From Octopus bimaculoides (Eukaryota): a stretch of 46,225 nt of DNA. The position numbers were made by a program, and so were the translations under genes. Shown here in pieces: positions 10,788 to 21,107 of this stretch. The notes beneath the pieces were generated by a model. It did no database searches. It was not told the origin of the DNA and worked only from the letters and a program-made list of their open reading frames with translations. How positions within the stretch are numbered: the first letter of the stretch is position 1; every line of letters starts with the position of its first letter. Location: the NCBI RefSeq assembly GCF_001194135.2, contig NC_068989.1, forward strand, positions 11,090,720 to 11,136,944, in the 5' to 3' direction.

Positions 10788-10940
10788 CAGACAGATAGAC
10801 AGACAGATAGATAGACAGATAGACAGACAGACAGATAGACAGATAGATAGACAGATAGACAGACAGACAGATAGATAGACAGACAGATAGATAGACAGAC
10901 AGATAGGCAGGTAGACAGACAGATAGACAGACAGATAGAT
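10743..10940. repeat. compound (GATA)n/(GACA)n tetranucleotide microsatellite
   Basis: Direct reading. Confidence 0.95.
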
Positions 10941-11339
10941 GTGAGAGAATTTGAATAAGTATATATATGAAAAAATATTGAGCGTCAAACTTTCAGGAAG
11001 GCTTCGTTGAAAAAAATAATGTTAGAGTTTGAAGTGTTAAGTTTAAAGATTTAATTAATGTCCTTGAACTTAATAAAATTTTTTTTTTTATTCTTAAAAT
11101 ACTTTTCTTAATAAAGATATTCTTCGAAACTAAATTAATAACTACTGAACGAATAAATTACCGGTATTTGTAGCCAAAACATTGATTATCATCAAAAATT
11201 ATATTGTTAAAGGACAAAATGCGAGAGAAAAATGGAAAAGCAAATGGGAAATGTTCATATAATTGATAAGGTTGTCAAAAATGTGGTGGTGGCTTTTGGT
11301 TAGGATATCTGTCATGTTTTCAAGTTGAAAGAATTTAAA

Positions 11340-13210
11340 TGGACTTCAAGAAATGGCAGAGAGTGAAGGGGAGGGGGAGAGAAAAGAGGGAAGGAGGAAA
11401 AGTTAGTGAGGGAGAGGGTGAGAGATATGAGATACAGTAAAGATTAAGAGAGGAGGAGGAAAGATGAGTAAGTGAGATCGTGAGAAAGAAAGGGATGAGA
11501 AAGGAGGGAGGGGAAAGTTAGAGGGTGAGGAAGAGGGGGAAAGAGATAATGTGAGAAACACAAAAGATTAAGGGAGGAGGAGGAGGAAGAAAGACGAAGG
11601 AATGAGATGGTGAGAGAGAGAGAGAGAGAGAAGGGCGATAGATTAACGTGTGACGAGAGGAAGAGTTGCTGATAGCACAAAGATAAGGATAAGAGGCCAA
11701 AAGTGGTGAGAGAAAAAAGACAAATATATTGCACAGACAATATGACGGAGTGGAAACGTGAGACAAAAAAAGAAAAAGACTTCAACTTGTGATACAGCAA
11801 AAACAGGTGACAGATAAATATAAAGTGATAGATAGTTAGATTAATATATAGTAAGAGAAAGAGTAAGGTAGAGAGAGAGAGAGAAATATCTATAGAGAAA
11901 GAGATAGAATATCTATAGAGAAAGAGATAGAGTATCTATAGAGAAAGAGATATAATAAAGACAGACACGGGGAGAGAGAGAGGGGGAGAGAAATATCTAT
12001 AGAGAAAGAGATAGAATAAAGACAGACACAGGGCCAGAGAGAGGGGGAGAGAAATATCTATAGAGAAAGAGATAGAATATCTATAGAGAAAGAANNNNNN
12101 NNNNNNNNNNNNNNNNNNNNNNNNNNNNNNNNNNNNNNNNNNNNNNNNNNNNNNNNNNNNNNNNNNNNNNNNNNNNNNNNNNNNNNNNNNNAGAGAGAAA
12201 TATCTATAGAGAAAGAGATAGAATATCTATAGAGAAAGAGATAGAGTATCTATAGAGAAAGAGATATAATAAAGACAGACACGGGGAGAGAGAGAGGGGG
12301 AGAGAAATATCTATAGAGAAAGAGATAGAATAAAGACAGACACAGGGCCAGAGAGAGGGGGAGAGAAATATCTATAGAGAAAGAGATAGAATATCTATAG
12401 AGAAAGAAATAGAATAAAGACAGACACAGATGGAAGCGGGAAGGTATAAGATAAACCTTAAGAAAGGGGGTAATTAGAAAGTGTATTAAATGAGAGAGGA
12501 GATAGTGAGATTAAAATAGAATGAGACAGAGAGAGAGAGAGAGAGAGAGCAAATATAAAGAAAGACAGAGTAAATATAAGGAGAGAGGAAGTCGCTTAAA
12601 AAAAGTTTAGTGAAGAAAGAAAGACAAAGGGAGAAATGTGTGAACTGGCAACGAAAAAATAAATCAGTTTTGAAAGAACAGGAAAGTAAAGAATGGAGGA
12701 TATGGTGAAAACTGGTCTTTTGTGACAGGAATTATAACTGAATAGGTCTTCTGTTGGGAAAGGGAAGAGCAGCAGATAGACATTAGAAGTTTAGAGACTG
12801 AGAGAAAGGGTAGATAGAGGTGAGAGGCGGTGCAGAGAAAGTGTAGGAAGAAATCGGAGAGAGAAGGAGGGGGGAAGATAGGAGAGTAAAACGAGGTATA
12901 AAAGAGAGGGAGTAAAAGAGACGAAGAGTATAAAAGAGAAATGAGAGAGGGGTGTAAATAGAAAGAAAAGGGAGAAGAAACTCAGAGCGAGAGGAAAAAG
13001 AAGGTAGGTGGGAGATTCAGAGAGAGAAAGAGAGGAGAAAGAAAGAAAGAAAGCGGGAAAGAGAATGGTCTTAGAAGGAAGATGGATAATGGTAGAAAAG
13101 TACAATGTGACAAATGTGTTATGAAATGTGAGAGAAAGGGGGGGGGGGAATAAGAGAGACAAGCAGACAAGCAGAGAGGAATAGAAAATGGGAGTAAAAG
13201 GAAAGATTAG
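11340..13210 (+). repeat. about 1.9-kb purine-rich (GA) low-complexity tract containing a 23-bp minisatellite (ATATCTATAGAGAAAGAGATAGA) at 11880-12420
   Basis: Strong A/G skew on +. The unit is repeated with higher-order blocks; part of the array is duplicated across an N-gap. Confidence 0.8.
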
Positions 13211-13239
13211 AAAAATATCAAAAGCTGTGTGCATATATA

Positions 13240-13563
13240 TACTCTTTTACTCTTTTACTTGTTTCAGTCATTTGACTGCGGCCATGCTGGAGCATCGCCT
13301 TTAGTCGAATCAAATCGACCCCAGGACTTATTCTTTGTAAGCCTAGTAGTTATTCTATCGGTTTTCTTTTTGCCGAACCGCTAAGTTACGGGGACGTAAA
13401 CACACCAGCATCGGTTGTCAAGCGATGCTGGGGGGACAAACACAGACACACAAACATATATACGACGGGCTTCTTTCAGTTTCCGTCTACCAAATCCACT
13501 CACAAGGCTTTGGTCGGCCCGAGGCTATAGTAGAAGACACTTGCCCAAGGTGCCACGTAGTGG
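13240..13563 (-). mobile_element. SINE family A, young copy truncated by gap
   Basis: Near-identical to the reverse complement of 20834-21327. Confidence 0.9.
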
Positions 13564-14090
13564 NNNNNNNNNNNNNNNNNNNNNNNNNNNNNNNNNNNNN
13601 NNNNNNNNNNNNNNNNNNNNNNNNNNNNNNNNNNNNNNNNNNNNNNNNNNNNNNNNNNNNNNNNNNNNNNNNNNNNNNNNNNNNNNNNNNNNNNNNNNNN
13701 NNNNNNNNNNNNNNNNNNNNNNNNNNNNNNNNNNNNNNNNNNNNNNNNNNNNNNNNNNNNNNNNNNNNNNNNNNNNNNNNNNNNNNNNNNNNNNNNNNNN
13801 NNNNNNNNNNNNNNNNNNNNNNNNNNNNNNNNNNNNNNNNNNNNNNNNNNNNNNNNNNNNNNNNNNNNNNNNNNNNNNNNNNNNNNNNNNNNNNNNNNNN
13901 NNNNNNNNNNNNNNNNNNNNNNNNNNNNNNNNNNNNNNNNNNNNNNNNNNNNNNNNNNNNNNNNNNNNNNNNNNNNNNNNNNNNNNNNNNNNNNNNNNNN
14001 NNNNNNNNNNNNNNNNNNNNNNNNNNNNNNNNNNNNNNNNNNNNNNNNNNNNNNNNNNNNNNNNNNNNNNNNNNNNNNNNNNNNNNNNNN

Positions 14091-14878
14091 CGTAGGTTAA
14101 TCGTTTTTTTATTTAGTATTTTTTCATTTGTCTTGCCCTTTTACAGTCTGTTGTGTCGCTGAATTTTTACTGAGAACATATGTTTTTTTCGTGGTTAGAT
14201 GATTAGGCATCTATTTCTAGCATATAGGAGTCCATTTTTTTGCTGGTCATTCCTCTTATTTTTGTATGTAATATCATTTTAATCTTCGGATTTTTTTTAA
14301 TATGCTAGACCACTGGTTTTAATTGATTAATATCAATTTCTATCCTCATTAATAAATTTTATATAATAATGTTGTCAAACCGGTAAATTAGCTGCAAAAA
14401 TTTATTAACTGCAGAATTATTTCCGGACTTAGCGCGCCAGATTGAAGACATTTGAAAGGATACACTGAATGTAATTCGTAGAACTCTACACGTGCTCACT
14501 TTTCGGGTGGACGTCTTGTGTCTAGTTCTGGAAATTATATTGCAAACCGACAGACTACACTGACGAGCCTGCAGATATTTACTTATGTAAATTTTAACAG
14601 GTGAAACCATGGCACGTAGGTTAATCGTTTTTTAAATTTAGTATTTTTTCATTTGTCTTGCCCTTTTACAGTCTGTTGTGTCGCTAAATTTTTACTGAGA
14701 ACATGTTTTTTTCGTGGTTAGATGATTCGGCATCTATTTCTAGCATATAGGAGTCCACTTTTGCTGGTCATTCCTCTTATTTTTGTATGTAATCTAATTT
14801 TAATCTTCGGATTCTTTTAATATACTAGACCACTGGTTTTAATTGATTAATATCAATTTCTACCCTCATTAATAAATT
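14091..14878 (+). repeat. direct repeat with 524-bp period (14091-14358 and 14615-14878) separated by a 256-bp unique segment
   Basis: The two approximately 265-bp copies align end to end with scattered substitutions and indels, so this is not an exact assembly duplicate. Both contain AATAAA near their 3' ends. Confidence 0.9.
14555..14619 (+). ncRNA. type I hammerhead ribozyme motif, U16.1->C variant, at the repeat junction
   Basis: CUACA-CUGACGA-GCCUG..(AUUUAC uuau GUAAAU)..CAGGU-GAAA-C-CAUG-G-CA^-CGUAG. Stem II has 5 bp plus a perfect 6-bp inner stem, the loop III CAUG is palindromic, and stem I pairs 4/5. The predicted cut at 14614/14615 equals the start of repeat copy 2. Confidence 0.65.
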
Positions 14879-14919
14879 ATATATATATAGAGAGAGAGTG
14901 TGTGTGTGTGTGTGTCGCG

Positions 14920-15322
14920 TGCATGGCTTTGCAACCACATAGTTTCGGGTTCAATCTGACTGCACGGCACCTTGGGCAAGCGACTTCTACAATAGTCACA
15001 GGTTGACCAATGCTTTGTGTGTGAATTTGGGAAATGGAAACTCTGTGTGTGCGTGTGCATTTAGGTGTCTGTCTTTGTGATTACTTGTCTTCCACATACG
15101 GCTAGAAACCATTGTAGGTTTGTTTACGTCTCCATAACTTATCGGACCATATAATAAATGCCCTTAACTTACAGACTTTTAGAATAAGTACCAGACAAAA
15201 ACAGACGAACAAACAAAAAAAAACTTTAAAAAATAAATACAGGCGTCGATTTCTTTGAGTAGAATTCTTCACGCCGGTATTCCAGCATGGCCGCAGTCCA
15301 ATGGTAAACAAATAAAAGATAA
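14920..15322 (+). mobile_element. degenerate SINE family A
   Basis: GGCACCTTGGGCAAG..TGAATTTGG..AGAATAAGTACCAG..CCAGCATGGCCGCAGTC. Confidence 0.75.
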
Positions 15323-15605
15323 AGATTTTTTTTAAAAATGATTGTTTAGTAGTCAGTAAAACTCAAAATAGTTATTTACAGCATTTCTCATCTCCCTCAT
15401 CAACACCGCTTTGGTTTGTTTGCATTTCCGTGGAATAGCAGTTCAGCAAATTGAACCGATAGAATAAATGCTTTAAAAAAAAAGTAATAGAGTCGATTTA
15501 TTTAAGCTCTTCAAGAAGGTGGCCTGTAGCAAATTAAAACTCTTTGGATTTCTTAAGTTTTGAAGTTGTCTCCTAAGTCTTTCGAGTTTTTTTTTGTTTT
15601 ATTTT

Positions 15606-16637
15606 TCACTGGACTGCGCCCATGCTTGGCACCATCTTGAGGGCTTTAGTTAAACAAATCGACTCCAGTACTCGTCTTTTAATTCTGGTACTTATTCTAT
15701 GGGTCTCATTTGCTGAACAGCTAGATGACGGGGACATAAACAAACCCACACAGGTTGCCAAGCGGTTGTAGAGGACAAACGAAACACACACATATATACA
15801 TACATATATATATGCAAGCTTTCACAGTTTCCATCAACCAATTTTACGGTTAATGTTTACACTTAGCCACCAAAACAAAACAAAAAAAGGTGTAATAGGT
15901 GTAAAAAAATGTGTATTAAACGAATATGAGAACAAAAATTTGCGTTAACGAACCGATTATAAAGAAATTTGTGGGGTAAAAATTTTCCGAGGGGGTGAGG
16001 AGAGGACTTTCTTCCTACCCCCATTAGGTCTTGTCAACTTGCTTATTGGTGACCGACAGAACTTGCAGTAATTAAACGAAAACAAACAAACAAGGAAGGG
16101 ATCAGATGGTTGTTAGATGTGCTAAAAACAACAGCTAAATCGCTCTTAACTTTATTTCCATAGTGAAACCATATTCAACACCGTATTTATGAATTTGTTT
16201 CTCTCCTTTTAAAAAAAAACCTTTTTCTATTACTCAAACGAAAAATAAATGAGTCTAAAAATTTTATTTTCAAACTTTTTTCCATTACATTGAAACAAAA
16301 ATAAAATAATTTATGAATTTCTTTCTCTTCGTAAGTCCTTTCCCACCCCCTCGGAAAAAATTTCCCCCCCACAAATTTCTTTATAATCGGTTCATTGGCG
16401 CAAATTTTTATTCTCATATTCGTTTAATAAACATTTTTTTTTACACCTATCACACTTTTTTTTTTTTGGTTTTGGTGGCCGGGTGTTAAAGTAAACATTA
16501 ACCAAATTTACTAACAAGGCATGAATTGGCCCTGGGCTATAGTAGAATACACTTGCCTCGAGTTGTCGCGCAGTGGGACTGAACCCGAAACTCCGTGGTT
16601 GCGAAGTGAGCTGCATAACCACACAGCCACATCGCTG
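15606..16637 (-). mobile_element. SINE family A split by a MITE insertion
   Basis: The two halves 15606-15847 and 16504-16637 rejoin into the family A sequence CAGTTTCC.TC.ACC-AAAT..AC-T.ACAAGGC. Confidence 0.8.
15848..16503. mobile_element. 656-bp MITE with about 160-bp TIRs (GGTTAATG...CATTAACC) and an 8-bp TSD
   Basis: The left arm (about 15848-16008) matches the reverse complement of the right arm (about 16334-16503). Flanks AATTTTAC (15840-15847) and AAATTTAC (16504-16511) differ at one base. Confidence 0.85.
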
Positions 16638-16737
16638 TACTAGCTCAATTGATTCACGGCGATTTAAAATGGCTACAATTCGAATGGAAACACTGGACAA
16701 TTAATAAGCACATAACGTTGTTAAGCAGCTTTTACAA

Positions 16738-17125
16738 GTGGGGCGTGTTCTCGCCAATAAAAAGGTGTGGTGTGTGTGTGTGTGTGTGTTTGCGTGCGCG
16801 CGTACTTGCGTGAGTGTGTGTCTGGAATATCTGGTGCCAAGTGTTGTTCGTCCAGCCCTTTTTTCTTTTCTTCTGCCGGTGTCCAAATCAGTGCAGTCTT
16901 TTGTGTGCATGGGCAAAATATGACGTATTACGTAAAACTGACGTTGTGCCACGATATTTGGCAGTAGCTGGAATTCGCTTTGCAGAGTAATTTCTGGGCT
17001 CCTTGTAGAATGGAGTGGGAAATTATCTAATGCTTCAAAAACTGTAATTTCTTTGGATCTGTATGTTTTAAGCATTGTTGACTCACTTTCCATAAATTTT
17101 CAGCTATTTTCAGATTTACGTCACG
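16738..17125. promoter_or_regulatory. candidate cis-regulatory module (bZIP/CRE cluster, GC-box, CSL site)
   Basis: GGGGCGTG at about 16740, CCAATAAAA 16754, TGACGTAT 16921, TTACGTAA 16928, TGACGT 16939, GTGGGAA 17015, TTACGTCA 17116. Motif matches only. Confidence 0.3.
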
Positions 17126-17164
17126 TATAATTTGGGAAGATCATAAATCTCAGATGTTTAGGGC

Positions 17165-17565
17165 GATCTTACGGTACGAGTCCTAAATATCGGCCTTTTC
17201 CGTAAAAAGTGTCTTCGGCGATCTTTACCAAAGATCGGCCTTTTCCGTAACACCCGCACGATCTTCACTATGGTGTTAGGGTTGGGGTTTTAGTGTCAGG
17301 GTTAGGGTTACTGTTTAGGGTTAGAGTTACGGTTACGGTTAGGGACGGAATTCCCTAACGCAAACCCTAACCGTAAACCTAACCCTAACCCTAACTCTAA
17401 ACCCTTCAAAATAAATCGCGCTCTCTGTATGTCTTTCGTTTTTACGACATCGTTTCCCTGTTTCTCTCTAACACTTTTTACGGAAAAGGCCGATCTTTGG
17501 TAAAGATCGCCGAAGACAGGTTTTACGGAAAAAAAAACGATATTTAGGACTCGTACCGAAAGATC
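17165..17565. mobile_element. 401-bp foldback MITE-like element with about 86-bp TIRs and head-to-head telomere-like arms
   Basis: 17165-17250 is the reverse complement of 17478-17565 (a few substitutions). The centre has degenerate (TTAGGG)n 17274-17344, then GAATTC 17348-17353, then (CCCTAA)n 17353-17404. Confidence 0.85.
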
Positions 17566-17734
17566 ACAAAACATAGATCTAAAAACGAAAAAAAAAAAAT
17601 TCAAACGAAAGTCAAAACTGAAAAATTACAGAGAGGCAGGGGCTTACCCCTGTCACATCTTGCAGATTCATAATCCACGATGCTTTACAACATACAGATC
17701 CTAGGAAATTACGGTTTTGGCGCACTAGATAGTT

Positions 17735-17875
17735 TCCAACTCTATAGGAAGCAGAATTGTGTTCATTTCTGTGACTTTGAGGGCATCGTTGGTAGAATGC
17801 ATTCAGTTTCTTTGACATCTTTACTGTTATTTTCCATGCTTCACTCCATACAGAATTGTCGACTGAATCATTGTA
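17735..17875 (-). mobile_element. RTE-clade LINE ORF2 remnant (post-RT region)
   Basis: With one frameshift it reads IQSTILYG-SEAWKITVKMSKKLNAFYQRC, matching the RTE motif LLYG.E.W......KL.AF..RCLR. Confidence 0.7.
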
Positions 17876-19689
17876 ACGAGTTTACAATTATTGCAGCAAA
17901 TAATAAGGCTATTGCTAATAATTACATATTTTAGAACCATTATGCTGAAATTTATTCTCGATAATTTGTTGTTTTTGTATAATTTCTATGTTTTAGACTT
18001 ATTTTCCAGTCAAAATAGCGTTTAAAAACAATATTAAAAGAATCAATTTTAGAAAATTCAAATATATATATACATGATTGTGCGTGTGTATGTGTGTAAT
18101 ATGTGTATACATTTACATATAGCGTGGAGGATTGTTTTGGAGTGTATGCGTGTGCATATGTATGTGTGTCTGTGTGTGCTTGCTAGATACATAAAGAGTT
18201 TTGAAGTGTCAGAGAGAAATGGAGACACTGCGAAAGTGAGAGAGACAGATACAACGCAAATGGAAGGGAGTTAAAAAAAAAGAAAGATATTAGTGGGAGA
18301 AAAATAGGCAAATAGATTGACGGAAAGAGCATTTGATGGATTGAAAGAAAGATTTACAGAGGAGAGAGAGTTTATTTAACGGAAAAGACGAAAGAAGTAA
18401 TTAGAAGTAGGAAAGAACCAGGAGTAAAGACAGAACAAGCACTAGACAGAGAAAGACAGAGACACAGAGAGCGTACGCAACAACTGTTGAGAGAAATATG
18501 GAAAAACATACACGAAAGCAAAGGATGACCGTTAGGTGAAATAAGAGAAAATATGCGAATCAGAAACACGAAAACAAGAGAATGAGAAGTAATATAGAAA
18601 AGTAGATAAAGAGTGGTTAGCATCTTCTGGTTCTAGTATTATTTCGTATAACTAATATCTATCTGTAAATTTGTTTATTTATCCGTCACTTCCACGTGTC
18701 TCGTTTTATTCCAATTCGTCCTTTTTTTTCTCTTATGATGTCTTATTTTTATTTATCTGCTTTTGTCTACTACGGACGGTATCGACATAGACCAGTAAAA
18801 CCCATAAGCCCCCACCAGTCAAGTGTAGAAAAATGAAGTGTTGTCAGGGAATTTCTGAGGAAAACGGTAATATATTGATGATGGTTAATGTAATGACAGT
18901 AATTGGGAGTTAATAGAACCTACACATGCAATAGAGTCCATTCTATTGCAAGCATTCAGATCAAGATTCCGGTCTGGGGACAACTTCCTCCCGTCCTTAC
19001 ACCAGTGACGGAGGTCCCGAAGACAGCCGTGACCGCTGCCTTTTTGTCTCTGAGTCAATAAAAAAAATTAAGTTTTTTCACACACATGCTCTCTCTTCAC
19101 CTCTATCTATCTATCTATCTATGTACATAATATGTACACACGCACACAGACATATTTTAGTCAGGAAGCAAGGCAGTACCACCGACCTCTCACTGCCACA
19201 AAGATTGTTGGGAATGCGGGAGGCAAGTATCCTCAAACCAGAGACCTAACTCTAATGCTTGCAGTGAAGTGCATCCCGCTAAAGACACGCAAGATGCCAG
19301 GTATTGATGTTCATTCGAGCGACTGATCAAGTCTACCGCCCATGTAGGTCATGCCTGAATTTAAACTCTGAACTCGAAGAGTCGGAACAAATAACGCAAG
19401 ACATCTGGTCCGGCATCATACATATGTGTGTATATATGCACTTAACATCCGTGCATATTCTACACTGTGAGTCCTGGCAGTTCACACACACACTCACTCA
19501 CAAACATCCTTTTCGTTTTCTTCTGCGAGTCAATAAAGAAGCCACTACACAGTCGCTCGATTTGCTAGAAATAGCAACCAAAATTTTCCTCATATACCGA
19601 GCCACGTTAAGGAAAAAAAAAAAACTCAGAAAGGTCGAATTTGAAAATAGACGAGATTATAATAGATGAAACACTTTCGACTACAGGTC

Positions 19690-20100
19690 TGTTTGATCAT
19701 GGCAGACGGCTAAACAACAACCTCTTTCCTTTCGCTAATTCTCTTTATCATTTTACAGCCTTTCTGTCGCTCATTTGCTTTTTCTATTCCCTATTTGCTT
19801 TTCTACTTCGCTTCTCTTTACCTGCTACAATCTTCAATCCATATCGCTGTCTAACATATTGACCTAACCAAACATTTCTTAACTTCTTTTTCCTTCTGAT
19901 ATCCAAATTCGGTCATTGTCATTATTCAGCTATCTCCGGATACTGTCTAATAAAAGTAGCATACTTCACATCCTCCTATTGTTTAGCAATCCTACCCACG
20001 AGTCTTCTAAGGCAAATGATGGCTCCTTATGTTCTCATATCCACTCCACCAGACTGTCGAATCACCATCATCAGTTTCCTATTAGGTGTCAATATGACTT
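19690..20100 (-). mobile_element. possible highly decayed RTE 3' end
   Basis: Stop-riddled minus frame with MLLLLDSIRR and an R/K-rich C-terminus; weak resemblance only. Confidence 0.3.
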
Positions 20101-20247
20101 CAACATATGTCATCAACTTGCTTTTACGTTACATATGGATAGCCATGAACAGAATAGCAAAGAGAATCATAAGAATTTTGTCATATTTATTTATAGAAAA
20201 CGGTAATAAAAGAGAGGTTGGCAAAAATAGCCAAATTTGCTATCAGC

Positions 20248-20640
20248 TTTCGTGTGTCTATCCTTACCTACGGTCGTGAACGTTAGGTAATGACCGAAAG
20301 AGTGTGATCGCGACCATAATGGAGTTCCTCCGAAGTATCTGTAGCGTAACGTTACTCAGCAGGGATAGTAGTTCAGAGATCAGGGAGTCTCTCCAGGCTC
20401 TCAAGCTGCGACTTCGTATCGAGAAGTCACATGTCAGGTATTATGGGCATGTGATTAGAATATTGCAGGAAAGAATCGCAAGACGGATTCTTCAAGCCGG
20501 ACCAACCCGCAGGAGGCCTAAAAAGTAGACGAAGAAAGAACTGAATAGTCTCAGCTGGTCACGCTTGAGAATCCAGCCGGAAAGTGTAATGACAGTTGCT
20601 TCTCGTACAACCCTATGGATGAGGTGTCTGAGGACTGTAC
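20248..20640 (+). mobile_element. RTE-clade LINE 3' remnant (Expander/Rex3-like)
   Basis: LRVSILTYGRER*VMTERV..EFLRSICSVTLLSRDSSSEIRESL..IEKSHVRYYGHVIR..RRILQAGPTRRRP..LSWSRLRIQPE, collinear with the RTE C-terminal region. Confidence 0.85.
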
Positions 20641-20833
20641 CTCTATGATTCTCCCAAGAATAGTGGACGAAGAAGAATGGATGGCTTATAGAGATTGAGT
20701 CCTACACTCGAAGGCTTCGAGTTGCGTTGTGTTTCTCTATATAGTATCAAGTTTTCACTCGATACTATACAGATGCTGTATATATATTTCACGTGTGAGA
20801 GCATTTGTACTGTTTTGTCTGTTTTGCACGCAT

Positions 20834-21067
20834 AGGCGCAGGAGTGACTGTGGTAAGTAGCTTGCTTACCAACCACATGGTTCCGGGTTCAGTCCCACTG
20901 CGTGGCACCTTGGGCAAGTGTCTTCTACTATAGCTTCGAGCCGACCAAAGCCTTGTGGGTGGATTTGGTNNNNNNNNNNCCTTGGGCAAGTGTCTTCTAC
21001 TATAGCTTCGAGCCGACCAAAGCCTTGTGGGTGGATTTGGTAGACGGAAACTGAAAGAAGCCCGTCG

Positions 21068-21107
<40 letters not shown>

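Noticed and set aside
11878-12408. 217-bp exact direct repeat (11878-12094 = 12192-12408)
   Set aside because: Identical copies flank a 97-N gap, consistent with unmerged overlapping contigs rather than a biological duplication.
11880-12420. CRISPR-like reading of the 23-bp repeat
   Set aside because: There are no unique spacers, the context is eukaryotic, and no cas genes are present; it is a minisatellite.
16701-17093. 130-aa minus-strand ORF
   Set aside because: It runs through a (CA)n tract, has no recognisable domain, and its composition fits non-coding DNA.
17274-17404. Ancestral chromosome end-to-end fusion site
   Set aside because: The arrays are short and enclosed by non-telomeric TIRs, so a mobile foldback element is the simpler explanation.
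18953-19045. HSDQDSGLGTTSS peptide reminiscent of protocadherin cytoplasmic DSGLG motifs
   Set aside because: The match is only five residues, there is no good donor, and no cadherin-repeat exon exists in the window.
20908-21041. 62-bp exact duplication inside a SINE
   Set aside because: The copies sit on either side of a 10-N gap; assembly artefact.
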